IMG/VR virus record: IMGVR_UViG_3300009183_008543
Coordinates: 1-64,000 of that record
Strand: one strand, 5' to 3'
Source of the DNA: a virus
DNA length: 64,000 nucleotides
The notes beneath the pieces were generated by a model that did no database searches, was not told where the DNA came from, and saw nothing but the letters and a program-made list of their open reading frames with translations. Below, in pieces: positions 19,446 through 28,715 of the stretch. Both the position numbers and the translations under genes were made by a program. Position 1 is the stretch's first letter. The number at the start of each line of letters is the position of its first letter.

Positions 19446-19699
19446 GAAAACTCTTCATTCATTACATCGGCTTCAGCCTGAGAGTATAAAAGCTCATAAA
19501 CCATTAAGCCACAATAGGCAGTAAGTAATTTATTTTTAGAGGTTTGCGAAAAAGACTTAATCCATTTGCTTACAAGAGGATTTACTTCTTCGATTTCCAA
19601 AAGCCTTTTTTTAATATACTCATAATCATCGGCATTTTGTAAATTTCCAATAAGAGAATATGTTGTTTCTGTTTTTACTACTGGCAAATACTTTTGCAT
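19442..19699 (-). CDS. Hypothetical protein
   Basis: ATGA-coupled to the HNH gene. Confidence 0.55.
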   Translation of the reverse strand: MQKYLPVVKTETTYSLIGNLQNADDYEYIKKRLLEIEEVNPLVSKWIKSFSQTSKNKLLTAYCGLMVYELLYSQAEADVMNEEFS

Positions 19700-19706
19700 A
19701 AATAAC

Positions 19707-20594
19707 CTAATTGATTTTTATCAAGGTGTAATCGTTGAATACCTGCTGCATCTGAAAGTCTGGAAAACCTTTACCATATGGTGGTCGTATAATTCTCGAT
19801 GCAACAATCTTTGTGTTTTTAAAGAATTCTTCGACAGGCGATTTGATTACATCGTGAGATACTATCTTAAATTTAGCCCTCTGAAACCACTTGGTATTAT
19901 CTGCCAATGGATGATATGTTTTTTGTTTTATGTCATTTTCCAAACCAATTTCCTTTAATTCATCTTCGGTGAATACAAGTTGCACAAATGCTTTATTTAA
20001 CTTACGATATTGATGAGTTCCATGTCTGGAAGTAATTGGATGACATCGAACATATACCTTAGAATTATCATTCATCAATTCACGCAAAGAAGACAAAATC
20101 GCAACTGGATCGTCAGCATGATCCAAAACATCATATAAAACTATAGAATCATATGGAGCATTAGCCTTTACCTTTTCAAAGTCGGTAGTTAACAAAAAAT
20201 TTCCATCTTCTTGATTCCAAGTTAAATTTTCAGATGTTTTAATATCGTATCCAATAGACTTTGTGGCTCCCAATCCAGCCACATGTTTAACAACATGACC
20301 TTCTCCACAGCCAAAATCCAAGAAATTTTTCCCATTTAATTCCAAACCAAGGTAGGAGATAATTCCATCTGCTCTTTCAATTTTGTCTTTTTCATTTTCT
20401 TCGCAAATCAAAAAATCAGGTGCCGCTTGCGGCCAACTTTCAGAATTCAAAAGTGTTTTAAGCTGTTCAAAAACATCCTTGCTATCCAACTCTGGTGGTT
20501 TATTTCGCACCTCTGGTGCGGTGACGATACTATTCTCATCTTTTAATATTTCTAAAACTTCTTCAAGCTTCTTTATAATTTTGCCAACATCCAT
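19707..20594 (-). CDS. Class I SAM methyltransferase
   Basis: FLDFGCGEG, GYDI, YDVLDH; paralog of 35475..36353. Confidence 0.85.
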   Translation of the reverse strand: MDVGKIIKKLEEVLEILKDENSIVTAPEVRNKPPELDSKDVFEQLKTLLNSESWPQAAPDFLICEENEKDKIERADGIISYLGLELNGKNFLDFGCGEGHVVKHVAGLGATKSIGYDIKTSENLTWNQEDGNFLLTTDFEKVKANAPYDSIVLYDVLDHADDPVAILSSLRELMNDNSKVYVRCHPITSRHGTHQYRKLNKAFVQLVFTEDELKEIGLENDIKQKTYHPLADNTKWFQRAKFKIVSHDVIKSPVEEFFKNTKIVASRIIRPPYGKGFPDFQMQQVFNDYTLIKIN

Positions 20595-20638
20595 AAATCA
20601 ATCTCCATAGTTATTCATACATCTATAATAGATAGAAT

Positions 20639-21259
20639 ATGAAATTATTTATTGTAAATAGCAGCATTTGTTTGCTCAAAAAAATTATTGAAAAAGGCTT
20701 CATGAGAAAAGTTAATTTGTGTAAAATTAACAATGATCGATGTAAAGATATATCTCTTGGAACCAATAAATTTATATACCACCTAGCAAATAATGATTAT
20801 CTTATTGATGAAGAATTCGTTGGAATTGCAGATGCTGCATGGAATATGAAATTCAAAAACACATGTAAAATGCAATATTTGAATGCTGCGACATTCAATA
20901 ACAATGTTATCTATAGCCCTTGCGTTAGCACGACATGGTATAACGATAGTACTGTAAAAATGCCAGAAACAAAAGAATTGATGGATGATGTTTTGAATAG
21001 AAACTCATTTTCAAAAAAATATGAAAAAAGTATATTTAGCAATAATTTTGTTTGTCATAAAGATATAATGAAAAAATATATTGTTTGGTTTGCTGATAAT
21101 TTTGATTATTTTTTTGATAAGTATAAAAATACATTTGTTGGAAATATGAAAAACAAAAATGGGTTCTTTTACGAAAGATTAACATCAATTTACTTTGCAA
21201 ATCAAGATTATAAGATTGAACCAATTTTAAGTTCAGAAAATTATTTCAAATTAATTTAA
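20639..21259 (+). CDS. DUF4422-like glycosyltransferase-associated protein
   Basis: FSNNFV......KYIVW and GFFYERLTSIYF. Confidence 0.5.
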   Translation: MKLFIVNSSICLLKKIIEKGFMRKVNLCKINNDRCKDISLGTNKFIYHLANNDYLIDEEFVGIADAAWNMKFKNTCKMQYLNAATFNNNVIYSPCVSTTWYNDSTVKMPETKELMDDVLNRNSFSKKYEKSIFSNNFVCHKDIMKKYIVWFADNFDYFFDKYKNTFVGNMKNKNGFFYERLTSIYFANQDYKIEPILSSENYFKLI

Positions 21260-21690
21260 GATTCGATTTTTTTTATCACTTTTCTTTGATTCTCTCTTTC
21301 CTGCATGTAATAAGATATGCCCTTGCGTATTTGTTCTTCTTTATCTGCAGAAACACTACCAAATTTTAAATGGTCGCTAATTCTGATAAATTTAGCCATG
21401 ATATCATCATCATATCCAAACAAACTTAATTCTCTAATTCTTGAATTAACTTCAGAAACAATTTTATTTTCAATTTCTTGATCTGTCATTTTTGCCAAAC
21501 TAAGATCTACAAGTGCTGGAACTCTTCTGATTTTTTCCCAAAGCCATATTGGAATTACCAAGGTATGTCCATCGCCTTCGCTTTTTTCTACCTCAATTTC
21601 AGACAAATTAAGATAGATGTTCTTATCATCAAAGCATTGATGGTAAATTTTATAGGACTCGCCAGAAAGTAATGTTTTCTTTGTTCCCAT
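21256..21690 (-). CDS. Hypothetical protein
   Basis: ORF; ATG 21690 preferred. Confidence 0.55.
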   Translation of the reverse strand: MGTKKTLLSGESYKIYHQCFDDKNIYLNLSEIEVEKSEGDGHTLVIPIWLWEKIRRVPALVDLSLAKMTDQEIENKIVSEVNSRIRELSLFGYDDDIMAKFIRISDHLKFGSVSADKEEQIRKGISYYMQERENQRKVIKKIES

Positions 21691-21771
21691 AAAAATAAAA
21701 GAGATAACCAATGATATATTGCTTGACAAAAATTTGAATATTTTTTTTTACAATCTTATGATTACATTAAG

Positions 21772-22116
21772 ATGGGAAAAAAAATAACAAATTGGTTGAA
21801 AGAATACAAATCTACACTTGCTTGTGTATATTGCGGTATAAGCCATCCAGCACTAATTGACTTTCATCATAACGATCCAGAACTTAAAAAAAACAACATA
21901 TCATCACTAAGATCTAAAGATGAAATTATGAAAGAAATAAAAAATTGCACAACTTTGTGTGCTAATTGTCATAGAAAATTACATTCCGGAGGTACTTTAT
22001 GCCTTACAAAGATCCAGAAAAAAGAAAAGAGTATTCTAAAAAATATAACAAATCATGGTATCAAAACAACAGACCAAAAAGATTGGAACAAATCAGAAAA
22101 AGAAAAAAAAATATAA
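21772..22116 (+). CDS. Small phage HNH endonuclease
   Basis: CVYCG..HPALIDFHH...C..LCANCHRKLH. Confidence 0.8.
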   Translation: MGKKITNWLKEYKSTLACVYCGISHPALIDFHHNDPELKKNNISSLRSKDEIMKEIKNCTTLCANCHRKLHSGGTLCLTKIQKKEKSILKNITNHGIKTTDQKDWNKSEKEKKI

Positions 22117-22349
22117 GAAAACAATTAAACGAATATAAAATAAAAAATAAATGTTTCAAATGCAGAGAAGATCATCCAGCAGCTTTAGATTTTCATCACA
22201 TTGAAGATAAGAATTTTTTGGTAAGCAAAATGATAAGTGATGGATACAGCATTAATTCTATTATGAGTGAAGTAAAAAAATGCATGCTGCTCTGTGCTAA
22301 TTGCCATAGATTAGAACACTATGGACAAACACAAAGCAGCAGCGTATGA
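21999..22349 (+). CDS. Small phage HNH endonuclease (paralog)
   Basis: MPYKDPEKRKEY N-terminus; CFKC..HPAALDFHH...LCANCHRLEH; GGAGG RBS. Confidence 0.85.
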   Translation: MPYKDPEKRKEYSKKYNKSWYQNNRPKRLEQIRKRKKNIRKQLNEYKIKNKCFKCREDHPAALDFHHIEDKNFLVSKMISDGYSINSIMSEVKKCMLLCANCHRLEHYGQTQSSSV

Positions 22350-22352
22350 TTT

Positions 22353-23102
22353 TTAACTAGCGATTTCTGCAAAAACATCATTCAAATCTTTGATACTTTT
22401 GCTCTTAGCATTGAAAAATCCTGTAGATTGTTCCTTGTTTACAAGTTTAAACAATTTAAAGAATACAATGCACTTAGTGGCATGATGCGTTTTAATCTTT
22501 GGCAAAGTAACATCACGATAAGATACAGATTTGCCATATTTTTTAACAGATCTAAAACAAGAAGCTAATGGCTCTATCTGAAAGTAATCCAAGCTTTTAA
22601 CGAAATCAAACATATCTCGCACAACATCTAATGCTATGTAATTGTTGTGGTACTTTGTAGCAAGTACAAGAAATTCTCCAGAAACAAAAAATCCACCCTT
22701 AGATGACTTGGAAGGTTTGACAAATTTTTTCTTAGTATCATTATTCTTAATGGGCTTTTGAGTATCATTAAATTCATTCTTCCATACTTTGATTTTACCT
22801 TTAAGCCCATCAACAATATGCTGACATTCTTTTCTAAGAACATCATCAAAACTAATGATTGTTTTGTTTTTGGCGATAGCCATATCAATGTCACTACATT
22901 CCATTAATGTGGTGATAGCATGATTTACCATCGACTTTCTATTGTTTTCGAAACAATCAATAATGTTTCTTTCTATAGTAGAAGCGACATCATCAATAGC
23001 TTGCATACAAATAATTATTTCCGAAACAACAGCCTTTTCATTGTCGGTATTAACATTGTCAATTACAGATTCATCAATAGATGAATTTAATACATCAGCC
23101 AT
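22353..23102 (-). CDS. Hypothetical protein (probable early gene)
   Basis: AAGGAG RBS. Confidence 0.65.
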   Translation of the reverse strand: MADVLNSSIDESVIDNVNTDNEKAVVSEIIICMQAIDDVASTIERNIIDCFENNRKSMVNHAITTLMECSDIDMAIAKNKTIISFDDVLRKECQHIVDGLKGKIKVWKNEFNDTQKPIKNNDTKKKFVKPSKSSKGGFFVSGEFLVLATKYHNNYIALDVVRDMFDFVKSLDYFQIEPLASCFRSVKKYGKSVSYRDVTLPKIKTHHATKCIVFFKLFKLVNKEQSTGFFNAKSKSIKDLNDVFAEIAS

Positions 23103-23120
23103 GAAAACTACTCCTTAAGA

Positions 23121-23153
23121 AAAATTGACCAGTCGCCAACATAACGACTGGTC
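23121..23153 (-). terminator. Intergenic hairpin (terminator/attenuator)
   Basis: GACCAGTCG-N9-CGACTGGTC followed by a T-rich tract on the minus strand. Confidence 0.55.
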
Positions 23154-23164
23154 GAGAAACAAAA

Positions 23165-24055
23165 TTAATTAAAAGCACTCGTACCAAGGATGTCAGCAGC
23201 AGCACTAATCTTTCGATTACTTTGCTCGACAGGATTATCATTGATGGCAAATTTAGCGTAACTTGGATAAGCTACTGGAATTAACAAACTAAATATGCCG
23301 AGCAATTCATCGGAAGATCGTGCGTAATTACAAACCCTTTCAAGGAAACCAGTCCTAACTGTAACGCCACCATCACGCTGAATCATGGCTATTTTTTCAT
23401 CGTCAGTTAAAGGTTCAAATGTTCCAGCAATTTTTGCGGATAAAAATGCTGCGAGCTTTCGACCAGCACTTTTTTCAACATCTGTTGCCAAAACAAATTC
23501 ACGATTAGACCCAAAATGACCATTCAAAAGATCACTAATTGGTCGAACACCAATCACAGGGTTCAACATTAGCTCGTTATGAACCAATTTTTCAGAATCG
23601 CTAGAATGCAAGCCAACATCACAAAAAGCTGCTATGTAAACAGATTTTGCATCTTGACCATCAAGAACTTCTGGTAATCTAACCTTAAATTTATCGGTAA
23701 ATAACCAAGAAGCGATATGATCTTCTTTGCCGTCCTTATCTATCGCCAATTGCGGGTTAGAAGGACGATTACGAGCCTCATAAAACTTAGCCACATATTC
23801 TTGCAAACAAATATTATTTAGAGCATCTTTGCTCATCTCAAGTCTCTGAAGGACTGGTTCAGATAAAGTTTTAGCTTCAACCCACTGTCTGAAAATATCC
23901 TTACCATGTTCGTCAAAATCAATTCGCCACTTTTGAGCCTTGCCTTTAGCCACTGGTGCTATTGCGGGAAGTGATGCAACCAAAGAGTCTAAAATACTTG
24001 TTACGCTTTGCACTACCGTGTTAGAGGCTTCTGCGGATTTGGATTTCTTTGCCAT
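23165..24055 (-). CDS. Hypothetical protein (probable early gene)
   Basis: 296 aa, AAGGA RBS, own promoter. Confidence 0.7.
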   Translation of the reverse strand: MAKKSKSAEASNTVVQSVTSILDSLVASLPAIAPVAKGKAQKWRIDFDEHGKDIFRQWVEAKTLSEPVLQRLEMSKDALNNICLQEYVAKFYEARNRPSNPQLAIDKDGKEDHIASWLFTDKFKVRLPEVLDGQDAKSVYIAAFCDVGLHSSDSEKLVHNELMLNPVIGVRPISDLLNGHFGSNREFVLATDVEKSAGRKLAAFLSAKIAGTFEPLTDDEKIAMIQRDGGVTVRTGFLERVCNYARSSDELLGIFSLLIPVAYPSYAKFAINDNPVEQSNRKISAAADILGTSAFN

Positions 24056-24118
24056 GATACATAGTTCCTTTTGAGCAAAATCATTTTTTACAACAAGCCC
24101 ATTGCTGTTGTTGAAATA

Positions 24119-24146
24119 AGCTTATTGCAAAAAAGATAACTGTAAA
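24119..24146 (-). promoter_or_regulatory. Putative early promoter TTTACA-N16-TAAGCT
   Basis: Matches the layout at 30419-30446 (TTTACG-N16-TAAGAT). Confidence 0.4.
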
Positions 24147-24190
24147 GTATTTTTAAAAAAATAAATAAAAATGACATAAGTCTTTATTTA

Positions 24191-25063
24191 TCAATGATTT
24201 AAGATCAAAATCGTTTGTTCGCCCATTAAAATATAACTTTGAAGAAATGAAGCGTGTGGCAAATCAAGATCATTTAAGACTTTAATTAATTCGTTACCTT
24301 CTTCAATTTGTCTTTTTAAAATATCATAATTTTTTTTATCTAAAAGTAACTTTATCATATCGACACAATCATAATATTTTAAAATTACAGATTCATTCAT
24401 TGATTTTGGATCGAGATAAAAATATTTTAAAATCTTTTCCACCAAATCATTGTAATGCAATTGACCATTAGTGTGATGCATCCATCCAGCACACATTAAA
24501 TTTATCTTATCATTATAATTGAGATTTGGGTCATATGCCATTTCTTGTGTTGTAGACATCAAATGAGATTTGACGGTAATATCATCAAACAAAAAATCAT
24601 TTTTATGAAAAGCCAAAGAATTATATTTAGCGTAATGAATGTCTTTGTGTAAAAACAATTCAGAAACATAAACTGAACAATTTTTACAAGAAGCGTCACC
24701 ATTAATTTTATCGCCATTATTCTTAAAAGTGTGCGGACAAGAAGAAACTATTTTATATTTATTGAAAGCAGCTTTTTCTGCTTCTTCTAAGTTTATACCA
24801 TATCCTGTAATCCAAATTCTTTGTTTTTGCCATTTTTCAAAAATAAAAACATCTGGCATACTTATGTTTTCTGGAATAGGATGAAAGATTGCAAAAAGAT
24901 ATTTGTAATCAACATCTTTTTTGGTCTTCATTTTACCTTCTTTTATGTAAGAAATATCGGTAGTCGATATTTTCACAAAAGAATCTGCTGACCAAGGATA
25001 GACGCAAGAATAAGTGCCACCATCATATTCAACACTAGACAACATATTCTTTACCATTGTCAT
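24191..25063 (-). CDS. Hypothetical protein with Zn ribbon and possible HD-domain remnant
   Basis: CPH...CKNC; CAGWMHH resembles AAWLHD. Confidence 0.5.
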   Translation of the reverse strand: MTMVKNMLSSVEYDGGTYSCVYPWSADSFVKISTTDISYIKEGKMKTKKDVDYKYLFAIFHPIPENISMPDVFIFEKWQKQRIWITGYGINLEEAEKAAFNKYKIVSSCPHTFKNNGDKINGDASCKNCSVYVSELFLHKDIHYAKYNSLAFHKNDFLFDDITVKSHLMSTTQEMAYDPNLNYNDKINLMCAGWMHHTNGQLHYNDLVEKILKYFYLDPKSMNESVILKYYDCVDMIKLLLDKKNYDILKRQIEEGNELIKVLNDLDLPHASFLQSYILMGEQTILILNH

Positions 25064-25994
25064 TAATTGTTTCCCTCATATAAAACAAAAACTTCTCTTT
25101 CAATTGTCTAACTCTTTCTTTAGTAATTCCAAGCCTTCCGCTTATTTCTTCTAAATTTTTTCTTTTCCTTCCATTTAAGCCGTAATATTCTTCAACAATT
25201 TTAATTTGTCTTCTTACATCTTTATGCTGAAATCTAAATTTGACTAAACGAATAATCTTATTGATATAAAGTGCATTTTCTTTTTGATGTAATTCTAATT
25301 CAAAATCTTCATTAGAAGCAGCAGCATCTTCACAAATTTCATCGGATGTAAAATAATTTTCTATTGTATAAACCACTGGTTCTGCTTTCATTTTTTTTAG
25401 CTTAATTCCACGAAAAAAATTGTTTTTTATAACCCAAATACAATATGTTGAAAATTTATTTCCAAGTGTATAATTGAAATAATCTACACTTTTTATCACA
25501 TCAAGAAAAGCATCAGATAGTGAAAATTCAGAATTACATTTATGTATTTTATTGTAGGTGTTTGTGTTACTTTTAAAATCATTCGTCAAAATGTAAGATG
25601 CTAATCGAAAATTAGAATTAGCTATTTGATTTCGAATATTCAAATAGTTTTGTAGCATTCTTTCAATTTCTCGCACTATTTTTATAGTTGGCTTTTGCTC
25701 ACCAATAAAATCAATTAGCTTCTTGCATTGATATTTGTAATAATTCATTTTTTTGAAAAGATGATATTCTTGCTCTTTGGTAAGCAATGGCTCTTCATAG
25801 AAAGGTCGCATTTCTATGGTTTTGTTTTCTTTTCTTAAATTATCTGCCTTGATTTTTTCTTTTTCAAAAATATCTTTATTTGGGATTTCTCCCAATATAT
25901 GATTTATTTTTTCTTTATTGTCAAAGTCTGGATGGTAAAAAACCTTTATATTCAAATTAAGCAACGATTCTACTCTTTTTGAAATCTTTCCCAT
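25035..25994 (-). CDS. RNA polymerase sigma-70 family factor (planctomycete-type)
   Basis: PLLTKEQEYHLFKKMNYYKY; NSNFRL; GNKFSTYCIWVI; region 4 LEEISGRLGITKERVRQL. Confidence 0.9.
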   Translation of the reverse strand: MGKISKRVESLLNLNIKVFYHPDFDNKEKINHILGEIPNKDIFEKEKIKADNLRKENKTIEMRPFYEEPLLTKEQEYHLFKKMNYYKYQCKKLIDFIGEQKPTIKIVREIERMLQNYLNIRNQIANSNFRLASYILTNDFKSNTNTYNKIHKCNSEFSLSDAFLDVIKSVDYFNYTLGNKFSTYCIWVIKNNFFRGIKLKKMKAEPVVYTIENYFTSDEICEDAAASNEDFELELHQKENALYINKIIRLVKFRFQHKDVRRQIKIVEEYYGLNGRKRKNLEEISGRLGITKERVRQLKEKFLFYMRETINDNGKEYVV

Positions 25995-26028
25995 AACTTT
26001 ATATTCCCTTTATAAAAAAGTCATAGGT

Positions 26029-26054
26029 ATAGTTTATTTTATAAAATAAACTAT
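26029..26054. repeat. Perfect 26-bp palindrome overlapping the sigma-gene promoter
   Basis: ATAGTTTATTTTA|TAAAATAAACTAT. Confidence 0.85.
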
Positions 26055-26059
26055 TGCAA
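26031..26059 (-). promoter_or_regulatory. Sigma-70 promoter for the sigma gene
   Basis: TTGCAA-N17-TAAACT. Confidence 0.55.
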
Positions 26060-26066
26060 GAAGATT

Positions 26067-26438
26067 TTACTCATATAAATCTTTTCCATCTAATTTATTT
26101 ATTATTTTCTTACGAACTAGATCTGTTGCTGTTTCTAAAATTTTTATAGATAGGGCTGGTGGAATATGAAAGCAATCTACAAATATGCCTTTATTAGTTG
26201 CTTTTACCAGTATGACAGAATTGAGTTCTCTATTATTTATCTCATGGACTATTTGATCCATTGTCGCTAATTCGAGATATTCTTTAAGATTTTTAGATTT
26301 GTCTGATTTTAATATCTGTATTTCAATCACTAATGTTGAAATACAGAGATATGAGATTGATATCAATAAAAGGAAAAGACATACAGTTAAAAAAAATATC
26401 GCATTCACATTCACCTCGATGACCAAAAAACCCCACAT
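26067..26438 (-). CDS. Membrane-anchored hypothetical protein
   Basis: N-terminal TM; start uncertain. Confidence 0.5.
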   Translation of the reverse strand: MWGFLVIEVNVNAIFFLTVCLFLLLISISYLCISTLVIEIQILKSDKSKNLKEYLELATMDQIVHEINNRELNSVILVKATNKGIFVDCFHIPPALSIKILETATDLVRKKIINKLDGKDLYE

Positions 26439-26827
26439 TCCTTGTATTTTGATATGTCTCGCAAATAAATATAAGCTTCTGCTGTTTTGCGATGTAAAAC
26501 TTGGAATGTTTTATTATGTACTGGTAGCTGGAACAAATTTATTTCTTCTAAATTAATTAATTCCCTAGAATACATTTCATATGCCACACCCTCAATTTTA
26601 TCTAGTTTATCTATGCATTCATCATTGACTTCATATAGTTCTCCATAAATTTTTCTCCCTGATGCAATTTCGGGCTTGGCATGTATTAATCCCGGAAAAC
26701 CAGATAGATCAAATAATGCATAATTATCAGTAGTTCTAGCCACACCAATATATCTTTGGTCTGACAAAGCACCTTCTCTAGAATGTCCGCCCTTCAATGT
26801 TCCATAAACAAAAATCAAATGGCTCAT
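26411..26827 (-). CDS. Gamma-glutamylcyclotransferase (GGACT/AIG2-like)
   Basis: IFVYGTLKGG, FPGL, IYGELYEV, LDKIEG, YSR. Confidence 0.9.
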   Translation of the reverse strand: MSHLIFVYGTLKGGHSREGALSDQRYIGVARTTDNYALFDLSGFPGLIHAKPEIASGRKIYGELYEVNDECIDKLDKIEGVAYEMYSRELINLEEINLFQLPVHNKTFQVLHRKTAEAYIYLRDISKYKECGVFWSSR

Positions 26828-26839
26828 ATCGATATATCC

Positions 26840-27367
26840 TTATAATTCAGATTCTGTCTTTATCAATTCCACCTTGTAATCATACAACGAAATACAAAAG
26901 TTTATCAGAAAATCATGATAAAATTCTTTTTTTACCACTTCTCTATCCCTAAACCATCTAACATGTATACGAAATGCCTTTTCCCAAAATAATTCAGAAG
27001 CACAAACGACAGAACAATCATATATTTGCTTCGAATCAAATAGACGAGCGACTTTAGCCCTATGCTCAATGTTCTCCAATGAAGCAATTAAATCTTTAGA
27101 TTGTTTTGATGATTTTGAAAAACATTGAATTTCACAGTCTTTCTTCAATGATATTCCTGCAGACAAAGGATTTGAAACATACAAAGTATGACTTTCTCTG
27201 CGACCATTCAATATCGCTACAATATCGCCCTTTATAAACTCATGATTAGTCAAATCCAATGGTTCTGAAGAGACAACTATAGTCTTAATTCCATCTTGAT
27301 CAAGAATTTTTACTGTTTCAGAAAAATCTTGAAAATTTTTAGAATCATAATCAATGTAAGCATTCAT
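26840..27367 (-). CDS. Hypothetical protein
   Basis: ORF between clpX and the GGCT gene. Confidence 0.6.
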   Translation of the reverse strand: MNAYIDYDSKNFQDFSETVKILDQDGIKTIVVSSEPLDLTNHEFIKGDIVAILNGRRESHTLYVSNPLSAGISLKKDCEIQCFSKSSKQSKDLIASLENIEHRAKVARLFDSKQIYDCSVVCASELFWEKAFRIHVRWFRDREVVKKEFYHDFLINFCISLYDYKVELIKTESEL

Positions 27368-27390
27368 CGTGCGTTAATATCTCGATTAAT

Positions 27391-28656
27391 TTAGAATGTT
27401 TTTTCAACAAGTGCTTGATCCACAACCATTTTTCTTTCAAGATTCGTAATATCAAACATAATATCATTCATAACCGCCTCTACAACAGTGCGTAATCCTC
27501 TTGCACCAGTCTTTTTATCTAAAGCTATCTTTGCCATAGTCTTTATGGCTTCTTCTGTGAATTGAAGGTCTACCTCATCGTAGTAAAACAACTTTTGATA
27601 CTGCCGAAGTAAAGCATTTTTTGGCTCCATCAGAATCCGAATCAGATCATCTTCGTTCATTGGATGAATAGGGGCTTGAACAGGTAATCTTCCTACAAAT
27701 TCTGGTATCATGCCAAATTCAATAATATCTTCATTAGTTATATTATTGATAATATCAATCTCGCTAAATTCTTTCTTATCTAATGAAGAAAATCCAATTT
27801 TACTTTTGCCAAGTCTTCTGGAAACTATATCATTAATTCCAGAAAATGTACCTCCGCAAATGAAAAGTATATTTGTCGTATCCACTCTTAAAAAAGATTG
27901 TTCTGGATGCTTTCTACCTCCTTGTGGCGGAACATTGCAAACACTTCCTTCAATGATTTTAAGCAATGATTGCTGAACGCCTTCACCACTAACATCTCTG
28001 GTTATAGACATATTCTTTGATGTTTTTGCAATTTTATCAATTTCATCTATGTAGATAATTCCAACTTGTGCTTTTTCTATATCGTAATTTGTTTCTCGAA
28101 GTAATTTTACAATTAGGTTTTCGACATCTTCGCCTACATAGCCAGCTTGTGTAAGTACAGTTGCATCACCAATTGCAAAAGGAACTTGTAAAAAATCAGC
28201 CAAACTTTTCGCCAATAAGGTTTTCCCACAACCAGTAGGACCAATCATCATAATGTTCGATTTTTCAATCTCAACATCTTGTAATGATTTTGGTAGTTTT
28301 AATACTCCAGAATAATCATTGATTCTCTTGTAATGATTGCTAACAGCAACGGCTAATTTTTTCTTGGCAGATTCTTGACCAACAACATGCTTGTCCAGAT
28401 GACTCACTACATCTTTTGGATCTATGGTAAATTTTCGAACATTAGTTGGTATTATTGACGACTTTTTTTTGGGAAATTCTTTTGATTGTAAAGAAGAATG
28501 AATCAACCCAACACAATTTGAGCAAATATAACTTTTTGATCCAACTTTTTTCCCATTTCTAATTTTAGATAAGGGAGAACTCTCCAACAATGTTGATCCA
28601 TTTGCTGCTGTTTTTTCACAAAACTCACACCAGAAACTATTCTTAATTTTTGACAT
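27391..28656 (-). CDS. clpX: ATP-dependent Clp protease ATP-binding subunit ClpX
   Basis: C4 Zn finger, GPTGCGKT, GYVGEDVE, DEIDK, RDVSGEGVQQ, GGRKHP, IGF loop, TGARGLR; AAGGAG before ATG 28656. Confidence 0.97.
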   Translation of the reverse strand: MSKIKNSFWCEFCEKTAANGSTLLESSPLSKIRNGKKVGSKSYICSNCVGLIHSSLQSKEFPKKKSSIIPTNVRKFTIDPKDVVSHLDKHVVGQESAKKKLAVAVSNHYKRINDYSGVLKLPKSLQDVEIEKSNIMMIGPTGCGKTLLAKSLADFLQVPFAIGDATVLTQAGYVGEDVENLIVKLLRETNYDIEKAQVGIIYIDEIDKIAKTSKNMSITRDVSGEGVQQSLLKIIEGSVCNVPPQGGRKHPEQSFLRVDTTNILFICGGTFSGINDIVSRRLGKSKIGFSSLDKKEFSEIDIINNITNEDIIEFGMIPEFVGRLPVQAPIHPMNEDDLIRILMEPKNALLRQYQKLFYYDEVDLQFTEEAIKTMAKIALDKKTGARGLRTVVEAVMNDIMFDITNLERKMVVDQALVEKTF

Positions 28657-28715
28657 TTTGCACTCCTTGTAATGTCGCTGAAACAATTTAACACAAGATG
28701 TGCAATAAAACAATA

